This document shows positions 25,374 through 38,282 of a stretch of 64,000 bases of DNA, piece after piece. The stretch lies in NCBI GenBank assembly GCA_951406725.2, contig OX597836.1, forward strand, positions 20,212,001 to 20,276,000. Reading direction: 5' to 3'. Source of the stretch: Octopus vulgaris (Eukaryota). Made by a program: the position numbers and the translations under genes. Below the pieces are notes generated by a model. The model did not search any database and was not told the origin of the DNA. It worked only from the letters and a program-made list of their open reading frames with translations. Numbering within the stretch: position 1 is the stretch's first letter; every line of letters starts with the position of its first letter.

Positions 25374-27810
25374 GTAAGGATCAACACACTTTATTTCTTA
25401 CCCTTTTTTTCTTTTCTATTTTCTCTTTGTTTTTGTTTCCAACTGGCAACCTGTTTAACCCTTTAGCTTTTAAACTGGCCATATCCGGCCATCTTCTTGT
25501 TTTATGTTCAAACTGGCCAGATCCAGCCTTTCACACCTACCTTGCAATGTTGATCTAAAAAATATAGTCACATAATCGAAATCTTAAGGCTACAAGATAA
25601 TATCTGATTAATTCAAAACGATGTGAATAAATAAGCATTACATATGCTAAAGGATTAAGGTGGAATGTTGTAATAGTAGTCACATAAGCACCATGGAAAC
25701 TGAGTTAAGCTTCAGAGCTTTTTCCTTTCTTTTTTCTTTTTAAGTCTTGAGACTCTTGACAGAGCTAAGTCTAAATATTTTCAATTTTGCAACAATATAA
25801 TAATGATATATTTTTCTTTTTCTTGTTTTCAATGCTTGTATGGATGATTGAGTGTGGTTGAGGAGCATCTGAGCAGCTTTTGTGGTGGTTGTTATACCAA
25901 AGTCTTGTCTGTAATTTGATTGACAAAAACTGGAAGCCCATTGGAAGAATATTACCTGCTGGAGGGATCATGGGCATAATCTATTGTCTAATTTTGATCT
26001 TTGGGTGCCTTCAGCAGAGACCATCCTGTTTGAGAACAGTTTCTTCCTTTTCTTTCCTCTCACCAATCTGGAGGCCCTGAATTGGCTCATGGGCATGGCC
26101 CTTATAATGACTAAAGCATAAAAATACATGTATATGTATGAGTGCACACAATGCTATATAGTGTATCTATGTGTGTATGTATATATATATTTATGTATGC
26201 ATATATCATGATGTGGTAAGGCTTCAACAAGTAGAATAACACTCAATCATCTAAGACAGTGCTTTTCAAACTTTTTGCTGGAGCAGAACCCTAAGGAAAC
26301 ATTCCACTGGCTCGAGGAACCCCTGTGCAATAATTTAATAGTCTTATGCACACATATCTGCACAGGAGAATTAAAAATTACTGCTGATTTTAGCAGTTTT
26401 GTAACTTCTTGCGGAACCCTGGTTGAAAACCACTGATCTTAGAGAGTAGGAGTAATGTTATTATAAAAACCACAAATCTTCTTAGGGTTTCCTGATTAAA
26501 ATGATAATAATAGCGATCTCAATTTTCTTTTTTTCATGATGATATGTTGATCTTCTGGCACTATCACGTCAACTATTAGGAACTCTTGTTTGTCCCTCCT
26601 AAAGGTTATTATATCCAGCCTTCAGTGCTCCGATACCTTGTCCTCCAGACACCGAAGGCCAGATATAGTAATCTTTAGGAGGGACAAACAAGGGTGCCTA
26701 ATAATCGACGTGACAGTGCCAAGGGATCAAAATAGCATCATGAGAGAAAGAAAGTGTAATATTAGAATTCTGCAATTCAACATGGTGCATCCCAAAAAAA
26801 TATGGGCATTCTTTCGTTTGAACCGCATTCTTCATTAATTTCTGTAAAATTTTTTCATTTATTTACTTTTGCGTGCATAGGCGCAGGAGTGGCTGTGTGG
26901 TAAGTAGCTTGTCTACCAACCACATGGTTCCGGGTTCAGTCCCACTGCGTGGCACCTTGGGCAAGTGTCTTCTACTATAGCCTCGGGCTGACCAAAGCCT
27001 TGTGAATGGATTTGGTAGACGGAAACTGTGTGTGTTTGTGTGTGTCTGTGTTTGTCCCCTAGCATTGCTTGACAACCGATGCTGGTGTGTTTATGTCCCC
27101 GTTACTTAGCGGTTCGGCAAAAGAGACCGATAGAATAAGTACTGGGCTTACAAAGAATAAGTCCCGGGGTCGAATTGCTCGACTAAAGGCAGTGCTCCAG
27201 CATGGCCGCAGTCAAATGACTGAAACAAGTAAAAGAGTAAAAGAGTATGTTCAGCTTTGTATATTTGTAGTCAGTAACACATGCACACGTGTGTTTTTTG
27301 TATGTATGTTTGTATACATTTATGTATGTTTGTGTTTGTGTGAGAAAGAGTAAGAGAGACAGAGAGAGTGAAGGGATGTGTTGTCATGTATACAAACATA
27401 CGTAAATACATATGCATACATTTTTTTTGTATGTATCTGTACGTGTGTATGTGAGACAGAGAGAGTGAATGTCTAAGTGGCATTCACTCACACTCTCTCT
27501 CTTTCTCTCTCACAGACATCCATTCCATATACACATACATACATCTTTCACTTTCTCATCTCTTTCACTTTAAAACAAAAGTAAATAAATAAAATTTTTT
27601 TACAGAAATTAACAATCAAAACCAGCTGTTCATTTTGGCATTTCTGCAGGTTCAACCAAAAGAATGCCAAAATATGCAATTGAAAAGAACATTTAGCAGC
27701 AGAGGTATGACGGCAGAGAATATCATAAAAATGACTAGAATTGGGAATCAAAAGTGAAAACGATATCATGTGGCAAGCAGAAAACTGCCCGGAGGGCGGT
27801 CTTTCTATTA

Positions 27811-27860
<50 letters not shown>

Positions 27861-30800
27861 CTTGTACACTGTCAACATAACGTGACAGTCCCACCGCTAT
27901 TTAGCCCTAGGAAGCCTCGACGCTTCCTGTCAGCTTTGACACATTACCTGTGTCCAGGTGTTAATCCTAGCTGGTGGGGGTGCTTGCCTCCCCTTCGCAA
28001 ATATAAGGACACAGGAAACGTGTCAAGGCCGACAGGAAGCGTCGATGCTTCCTAGGGCTAAATAGCGGTGGTGTGATCCCCTTTATGGGACTGTCACGTT
28101 GAGTTGACAGTATACAACCACTATATCGCCTCACCACCGCTCATGTCTCTCTGAGACATTTAGAAATTCAATATTTCTTGTGTGTGTGTGTGTGTGTGTG
28201 TGTGTGAGTGAGTGAGTGCGTGCATGGCTTATTGGTTAGGGTATTCAGCTCATGGTATAAAGGTCAGGTGTTTGGTTTCAGACAATGCATTGTGTCCTTG
28301 AGCAAGAAACTTTACTTCACATTGTCCCAGCCCACTCAGTTGGCAAAAATGAGTTGCAGCTGTAATTAAAAGAGCCAACTTTGTTGCATTCTGTGTCATG
28401 CTGAATCTCTCTGAGAATTACATGCAGAATACACTTCTCTGTGGATTGCTTGGTCACTTGCACATTAATTAAACAAGCTGTTCTATTGATTAGATCAACA
28501 GGAAACCTCATTGTCATGAGTGACTTAGCGGCAGTTTATATATATATATATATATATATTATATAATAGTAGGAGTGTTTTTCTTTTTTATTAAAGGAGT
28601 TTTATGTTGTTTAGTTACAGTAATATTTTTATTAATTACTAGACTAATCAAACAGTTGGGAAGTAATTGACAACTTAAACTGAAATGTTCAATTTATTGT
28701 TTGTAGTATAGGTTTCTGTTTTATTAATGCTAATAAAAAATTATTGTCTGTATATTGGGGGTGGGGCTTCGTGGTATTAACATGGTGATAACTATTTATT
28801 TTGATAACTCTGTAAAATGATTTTTGTCCTTGGGAAGCAACTATTAGTTGGGAAGTAATAAACAACTTAAACTGAAATATTTAATTTATTGTTTGGGTAT
28901 TGGGTGTGTAGGTTTCTGTACTATTAACAATGCTAATAAAAATTTATTGTCTGTATATTGGGGGTGGGGCTTGGTGGTATTAACATGGTGATAAGTATTT
29001 ATTTTGATAACTCTGTAACATGATTTTTGTCCTTGGGTAGCCACTGTTATTTCCTATTTGCTTACCCTTAGAAAGTTTGAAAAATGGTTAACATTTCCTT
29101 TCCTCCTTTCAGGATCAATAAAATAAGTACCAGTTAAATTCTGGGGGTCAATCTAATTGACTTACTCCTCTTCCCCAAAAGATTGTTGGCTTTGTGCAAA
29201 AATTTGAAATGATGTTTCTCACTGTAAAATTGTATTGTTTTGTTTTTTTGTTTCTAGTAAATCGAGGCTGTACTCACAAAGCGTGTAGTTATGGCTGCCG
29301 AGAAACCTCACAAGGACCTAAGTGTTTTTGTGCGAAGGGCATGCAACCTAAGGCTGACAATGAACTTCAGTGTGAAGGTATTTGTTATCTTTATTTCTTT
29401 TTTCTCTGAAATACATGTTTTCAAAGACTTCTCACTCCTTTAAGTCTTTGCCATTAAGTATTGTTGTTTATGTAATTAATCATTAAACCAGGTCTAAATT
29501 TGACCGGCTTTTCTAAACTAAAGATAGGTGCAGGTATGGCTGTATGGTTGAGAAGTTTGCTTCTTAACCATGTGGTTTGGGGTTCAGTCCCATGGAACAG
29601 TATATATTTCTTTACTACCCACAAGGGGCTAAACATAGAGGGGACAAACAAGGACAGACAAAGGGATTAAGTCGATTACATCGACCCAGTGCGAAACTGG
29701 TACTTTATTTATCGATCCCAAGAGGATGAAAGGCAAAGTCGACCTCGGCGGAATTTGAACTCAGAACGTAATGACAGACGAAATACCGCTAAGCATTTCT
29801 CCCGGTGCCCTAACGTTTCTGCCAGCTCACTGCCCATGGCTCAGTATAGCTTTAGGTTGACCAATGCATTTTGAGTAGAATTTAGATGGAAATTGTGTGG
29901 ATTCCCATTATGCATGACTATGTGCTTCATCATGCTCATTTAACATCTGTGCTCCATACTGACGTGGGTTGGATGGTTTGACAGGATTCAACGAGTTTGA
30001 GGACCATATCGTACTCCAGTGTATGTTATGGCATGGTTTCTGATGCTGGTTGCCCTTCCTTGTTTTAACCACTTTATAGAGTGGGGTTTTTTTTTTTGTT
30101 TGTGTGTGTGTTTGTTCTTAACTTCAAAACTAGTGAAGTCACCATGCATCTTGCAAGACTAACAGGCCTAAAGGGCCCCTATTATTGATGGAGATAAATG
30201 AGAAGGAGAGACACAGAGAGTGATTGGAATGTGATGATTGTAGGTAGGGCGATGAGAGAGTGAATTATGATATGGGGAAAGCAGATATATATATATAGTT
30301 GTGAGAGGCTGGTAGTGGAGAGAATAACAGAGTAGTCAATATTGTGGTGTGGAGGGAGTATGGAAGGGATAGGGGAAAGAAAAGGGATTATTAATTAGGG
30401 TATTGAGCTCATGACCATAAGATTGGGAGTACAGTTCCTGGCAGCACATGTCCTTCAGCAAGACTCTTTATTTCACGTTGTTCCAGTCCACTGGCAAAAA
30501 TGAGTATTACCTGTCTTTCAAAGAGCTGCTCTTGTCACATCTTGTGGTCACACTGAACCTCTCTGAGATCTACATTTAGGGCACGTGGTATTTGTGGATT
30601 GCTCAACCATTTGCACATTTATTTCATGAGCAGGCTGTTCTGTTGGCCGAATCAACTAGAATCCTTGTCCTCAGTTTTTTTTAAATCTCTCGCTCAGGCC
30701 CATGCTTTCACCATCTGAGACATTGGCCATCGATAATCTTCCTCCAGTCAGGCCTGTCCTAGGACTTCCTCTCTGTTTTCAGCTCCAGCAATTTCTAGGC

Positions 30801-31456
30801 CAGATCACCAGGAGCTTCTTTGGCCTTCTCTTCCATTTCCTTTGGTAGGGGATGGGGGTTCTACTCAAGGGAAGTCTGATAACAGTCATTCCCATGATAA
30901 CAAAATTGTATCTCTTCCACTCAGCAGCAACTGGTACTGTTTTGCTACTTTCATTCATGGTTCTGATGTTCCACAAACCAAGGAAGGCTTTTCTCCTCAG
31001 CATTAAGAAATATATCAGATGCAAATCAGCCTTTTTGTTGAAGCTGCCATGCTTCATTCCTCCTTTGTAAGGTCCTTCTGACTCCCCAGGACTGTAAGAT
31101 TTTCTTTGGTTGTTTTGGACGTTTCTGGACCAAGTGTAATTTTTTACAAAATGAGGCTGCTAACCCAACACCGGGTTAAATATCATTTTTTTTACAAAAT
31201 TAATTTTTTAAAATTTAATTTTATTACAAAAGACACTTTATTTTGTGTAACTAATTTTTAAAAAATTAGTTGTACACAATAAGTAGAGGCGCAGGAGTGG
31301 CTGTGTGGTAAGTAGCTTGTTTACCAACCACATGGTTCCAGGTTCAGTCCCATTGCGTGGCACCTTGGGCAAGTGTCTTCTACTATAGCCTCGGGCTGAC
31401 CAAAGCCTTGTAAGTGGATTTGGCAGACGGAAACTGAAAGAAGCCCATCGTATATG

Positions 31457-31507
<51 letters not shown>

Positions 31508-34500
31508 GTGTGTGTGTTTGTGTGTCTGTGTTTGTTCCCCTAGCATTGCTTGACAACTGATGCTGGTGTGTTTATGTCCCCGTTACTTAGTGGTTCGGCA
31601 AAAGAGACCAATAGAATAAGTACTGGGCTTACAAAAGAATAAGTCCCAGGGTCGAGTTGCTCGATTAAAGGCGGTGCTCCAGCATGGCCGCAGTCAAATG
31701 ACTGAAACAAGTAATAGAGTAAAAGAGAGAGAGAGAGAGATGATTGATTTTCATTTATTTATTTCTGTTTTTAATTTTAATTTTTCTTTTTCTTTGTTAT
31801 TCTTGATTCCTTCCAGACATGGATGAGTGCAGCTATGATGGCTTCTGTGACCAGACATGTGTTAATGGTTACACCAACTATTCATGCAGTTGTGTTGCTG
31901 GTTATGATCTCAAAGAGGACAACAAGTCTTGTGAAGCCATTAATGGTAGGTGCCTCTCTTTTAAACACTTTAATAAGAATTGTTTTCTTTTTTTCATTTC
32001 ATTTTTTCCAATCCCAATCTTTTTCTTTTCTCATCATTGTTCGACTGTGGTCGAGACAATGGAATTTACTATGTTACGCCAGACTTCACGGTCCATCATA
32101 GCATTACGGAGGTCCTGTTGCTGGATGCCTGTATCCCTGGAGATTACATCAGAGTAGGAGAGTGTGCGCCCTCTGGTATTGCGAGTAGATGGCTTCCAGA
32201 GGAGAAGAGTAGAAATTACTTCTTTTTCAGCTCTACAACAATGTCCAGCAAACTGGACTCTCCTATCTTTCACAAGCCTGATCACCACCATCATCATCTA
32301 GCTGTTCTTGTAATTGGTTTCAAATTTTGGCACAAGACCAGCAATTTTTGGGGTGATAGATGAAATGCTGTTCAGCATTGTACCCCACATACTAATGATT
32401 CTACCTACTAGCCACCTTAATGTTGTTCTTGTAATTAGTACTAGATATGGCAAAGAGAGACAGCTATATCTGTGTCTATGTTGTTGTTATTGTAGTGGTG
32501 GAGGTGGTGGTGGTACTTGATAGACCGGTTCCTCAATAATGTAACATCTATTTTGTAGTTGGTATTAGATATGGTAAGGGTAACCATTGTATTGGTGCTG
32601 TTGGTACTCGATAGCCAGATTTCTGCCTTGTTGTTACTTGACACAACAATGGGAGACAACAATTGTATATTTTGTTGTCAATCCTGATGTATTAACCCTT
32701 TTCTTTCCATATTTCTGATGAAATGCACTGCCTTTGTTTGAATTAAACTTGAAAATAATGATGAATTTAGTAAAACAATTTTGTCATTATTAAGTTGCTG
32801 TTTGAAGCATAAATTAACACGAAATTTTGATGGAAGAGAGTTTTGATTTAGATCACTTTAAAACAGGAATTTTGTTTCTTAGAACTATGAGTGATACAAT
32901 ATTTAACCCTTTTCTTTCCATATTTCTGATGAAATACACTGCCTTTGTTTGAAAAATAATGATGAATTTAGTAAAATTATCAATTTGCCATTATCAATAT
33001 ACTGGTGTTGAAATTTTTTGAAGGACAGTTTTAAGGCAGATCACTTTAACCCTTTCGTTACCGTATTTATTTTGAGATGCTCTGAGTTTCTTTCAATTAT
33101 TTTAAATATAACAAAGAATTTAGTAAAATGATTTTGTTATCATTAAGCTAGTGTTAAGAACAAATTGTGACTAAAGTTTGGTGGAAGATTTTAATTCAAA
33201 ACTTATGAAAATGAAACATTTGTAGTACAGATCCAGAGCCGGTTTCAGCTGGGTTGGTAACGAAAGGGTTAAAGAACTGGAAGTTTGTATCATAGAATGA
33301 GGGGGGGGGGGCGCAGTGCCAAGCAGGTTGTTGTGGAAAGGGTTAACGTTTGCTACATTTACTCAAAAACCATTTCTTTATTTCAGTTCCAAAAGACGAA
33401 GAAGCAACACTGTTATACACAAACACGAATAACGTACAACATATCAGCTTGTCTGCCAACACAACCGGGGACACTCTCTTCAGTGTCGAAGGTCACGCTA
33501 TCGAAACAATGGACTTCAATCACAGAAATTCATCATTCTGCTGGGTCAGTGAAGCTTCTTTCTTACCCCCCACCCAACAAATTTGGCAATTTTTGGCAAA
33601 ATATGTACCTTTTTAACAAAATATGTACCCTTATAACAAAAAGTTAGTGAAATATTTTAAATGTTTACAGTTGGATAGATAGACAAATATAATGAAATAA
33701 ATTGATAAAAAATGTGAATTTTTAATTATTTTCTGAGATTTTACAAAAACAGCAAAAATATTTTAAAATTTTAATAACGATGTGTTATAATATTTTTATA
33801 CTCATGCATAATATATAATATTATAATATTATAAACTTATGCACAACAATATTCTAATATTGTTGTGCATAAGTTTATACAGACATGTAGGTAAAATACT
33901 GTAGGAAAAGGATTGTAAAGCAGATCTTTTAACTCTTTAGTGTTCAGATTACTCTGTTAAATGTAATACTTTTTCACTCAAATTGTTTTGAATCTCTCAT
34001 GCATTATCGTACAGCTTTGAAGTTTCAATGATGTGATTGCTTATTTTTAGAATGTCAATGTAGGTTTGGTGTGAGAGGTTAGATATGGCTAGTTCAAATA
34101 TAAGACAAGTAGAATATCTGGGCCAGATGTGGCTGGTTTAAACACTAAAGGCTGAGCCAATCAGGAGAGCTAGAAGTAGACCAAGAGCGAGACAGTTGGA
34201 TAATAACGTTAGTCTCAGTCGATTATTCTTGGGAGTCCAGTGGGAAAGTATAACGACAGTTTCTTCTGATAGAATATATGGATGGGGAACCTGAGAGCAT
34301 TACCCCAACAACACCTCCCAAGAATAGTGGACGGCAGAAATGGACGGATATATAATACAGACACAAGAGCACACGATGTAAGGGCAGGGTGTATGAACAG
34401 TTAGACTGAGCATCTTAATTTGTTATTACTTTATTTTATCAACAGAAGGGTTAAAGGTACAAAGTTTACCTTATTGGGATTTGAACTCAGAATTTTGAGG

Positions 34501-34624
34501 GGCATAAGCAAAATACCACAAGGCATTTTATCCAACCCTGGAATTGAACTCGGAATCTTGTGGTTAGTAGCCAGCGCTCTTAACCACTACACCATATGGC
34601 GACCTGAATAATAATAATGATAAT

Positions 34625-34657
<33 letters not shown>

Positions 34658-35358
34658 CATTGAAAAATACCTTAGGAATGAGAACCCAGGTTTGAAATTT
34701 CCTCAAGACACCTGATGAAGGTTGGAAGGTATATCAACCGAAACGTTGCGTTAACAACAAACAAGATTAGGACAAATATCCATCAAATGTAAATAATATA
34801 CATAATTCCTCATCTCTTAAATATAGAAACTGTGCAACCAGCTCTTACGTGTTATGTCATGTTGACCCATTAAAACGGAACTCATTGATTTTATACTCAA
34901 TAAAGCCGTTGCCTCCTACTATTTCTTGCCTATTCTAGAACACATTTACACTCCTATTCCATTGTCTTTTTATCTTTATCTCTGTTTCTTTATCACTGTG
35001 AGCAAACCTCTCCTTTCTCTATGTAACCACCTGTCTGTGTCTATTTTTATCTATTATTATTATTACCATATATCTGGTTTTTTTCCTTATCTCTAATTTT
35101 AGATGTGATTTATATTCCTGTCAGTCTGTTTGTCTGTCTCTCTATCTCTTACTCTTTTACTTGTTTCAGTCATTTGACTGCGGCCATGCTGGAGCACCGC
35201 CTTTAGTCGAGCAAATCGACCCCGGGACTTATTCTTTGTAAGCCCAGTACTTATTCTATCGGTCTCTTTTGCCGAACCACTAAGTGACGGGGACATAAAC
35301 ACACCAGCATCGGTTGTCAAGCAATGCTAGGGGGACAAACACAGACACACAAACACAT

Positions 35359-35391
<33 letters not shown>

Positions 35392-38239
35392 CATATATAC
35401 GACAGGCTTCTTTCAGTTTCCGTCTACCAAATCCACTCACAAGGCATTGGTCGGCCCGGGGCTATAGCAGAAGACACTTGCCCAAGATGCCACGCAGTGG
35501 GACTGAACCCGGAACCATGTGGTTGCTTAGCAAGCTACTTACCGCACAGCCACCCCTGCGCCTATCTCTCTATCTTTCTATCTCTTTGTCTTTCTATCTG
35601 TCTGTCTGTCTATCTATCTATCTATCATGCCAATCTCTCTCTGTGTATCTCTATCTATCACTTGGTATCTATATCTCACACTCTCTCTAGCTTTGTTTTC
35701 TTTAATCTTGTAGTCAGTGAGGGAAGGGCAGTGTTCCTGACCTTTTATAGGGTCTGTAGGGGATGGAGGGGGGAAGATAAGCCTCAAACAAGAGACCCAA
35801 GATGCCAGGTTGTGATGTTATTTAACCAGGCGCTGCTGGAATAGGGAGTGGTTAGCCTCAAATCGCCAGGCCTGGTTGGCGTTTGTGGGTGATGCAGCAT
35901 TGAGGATGAATGAAACCAGCTCAACCCACCGTGGGTGAATGCTATCTCAAGACAAAAGAAAACATGGCTGGGTTTGAACTCTGAATGCAATGAGTCAGAA
36001 CAAATACAAGATATTTTATCTAACACCCTGCCAATTCCATCAGTCCACCATCTTAAATTGGTGCTTTATCAACCCTAGAAGGTTGAAGTGAGAAAACAAA
36101 AAGCCAGAATAAATACTGCAAGGCACTTTGTCTTATGCTTTAGCATCTTTGTCTGTGTGTCAACTATTATTCATCTCTATGTATCTCTCACTCCAACTAT
36201 CATTGTCTCTCCCTTCATATCAGTATCTCTCTTTTTCTCTCATTGTCTCTCTCACTCTATGACTCTCTTTTTTGTGTGTGTGTTCATGTGTGTATCATGT
36301 AAAAAGCACCATCCGTTCGTGGCCGTTGCCAGCCTCGCCTGGCCCCCGTGTCGGTGGCACATAAAAAGCACCATCCGATCGTGGCCAATTGCCAAACTCA
36401 TCTGGTACCTGTGCCGGTGGCACGTAAAAAGCACCCACTACACTCATGGAGTGGTTGGCGTTAGGAAGGGCATCCAGCCATAGAAACATTGCCAGATCAA
36501 ACTGGGCCTGGTGCAGCCTTCTGGCTTCCCAGACCCCAGTTGAACCATCCAACCCATGCTAGCATGGAAAGCGGACGCTAAACGATGATGATGATATATA
36601 TATCACAATATCGACCAGATTATCAGATGCTATTCTCCACCACTGGTTACAATGTGCTTCCAATTTTGTCTGGATTGCATGATTCTTTTCCATCTTGGCC
36701 CAAATTGCTCGTCTTTCCATCATTGTGGTGGCCTTCCAAGTGGCATTTTCCAATCTCTTGGATACCACTTAGCAACTGCATGAGTCCACCTGTTGTCTGT
36801 GAGTTGTGCAGCATCTGGCCCAGTGGAACTCGTGCAATCACATCATTCACTCTGCTATGTCTGTCATGTTTTCTCAGTTCAAATGTGCTCTCTTAGTGAT
36901 GTTCCTTGCATGGATCTTTCCATGACCCTTTGCAAATAGTTAAGTACAATTCAGGGATCGAAGTGTAGGAAGTTAGTAAGCTTCAAGCATTTATGTGGCT
37001 AGTACAGGTCACAAAAAGTGGACATTATACGATTAAAAATATATTTATTAACCTTGTTGCTTACACACTTCTTCCATACCAAAGTTAAAATGATTTTCGA
37101 TAAGCTGACAGTCTCCATACAACTCACAGTTATTGCAACAAAATCTGTTAAGAATGCAATTAAAAATCAAAAGAAGTAGGGAATGGAATGGAAAAAGCAT
37201 GGTCTATGACTATTTCAAAGCAAAGTGAAACTGTTTACACAAGTAGTAACTAACACAGAGCCATCTTAGCTAAACTTCAGCTCCTGTTACCTCTATGTTG
37301 TTTATATTACCACTTGGCAATCATATATATTTATTTCTTTATTGCCCACAAGGGGCTAAACATAGGGGGGACAAACAAGTACAGGCAAACGGATTAAGTC
37401 GATTACATCGAACCCCCCCCCCCCAGTGCGTCACTGGTACTTAATTTATCGACCCCGAAAGGATGAAAGGTAAAGTCGACCTCGGCAGAATTTGAACTCA
37501 GAATGCAGCGGCGGACGAAATACCACAAAGCATTTTGCCCGGCGTGCTAACGTTTGTGCCAGCTCACCGCCTGTAATGCCAAGATGTGATTTTCACCATT
37601 CTTACTCTTCTGGATTTCTTGAATCCTTCCCAGTGATATTTGGATTTACTTGTCATACCTGAAGAATTACTTTGGATGTTTATTCTACTTGCATTTTTTG
37701 GTGTTTTATTGTTGGATATAGTTAACCAAATTCATTTAACACTAGATATCTGCCTGGATTTATCCATTTTTATATATTTGTACATCTGTATGCATCTCTT
37801 TGTATGTCTATCCGTGTTTGTATTTCTTTAGCTATTTCTCTTTCTCTTTCACTATCTCTATCTACCTCTGTGTACCTTTATGTTGCTAGCTCTATTATTG
37901 TCTCTGTCCCTATCTATCCCTATAAAGGAAATACTAGAAGTGAGACACTCCTCAGGTCAACCATCTCTGCCATTTTGTAATGAATTTACACATTCATATC
38001 CCACGTTCCTTGTTTCAGATCACCAACTTCCCAGGTAAAACAGACCAACAGCTACAGTGTGCCAGTATTAATGATACATCTGACACCTGGATTCTTGAAA
38101 CAGAATTTAAACTGAAAGGTAAATTTTATAGACAACAATCAGCTGTGGCTGTGAGTAATTTCATTCAAAAGTGGTTGACACATACATACATGCATGCATA
38201 TATATATATAAATAAATAATGCATGTATGTATATACATA

Positions 38240-38282
<43 letters not shown>

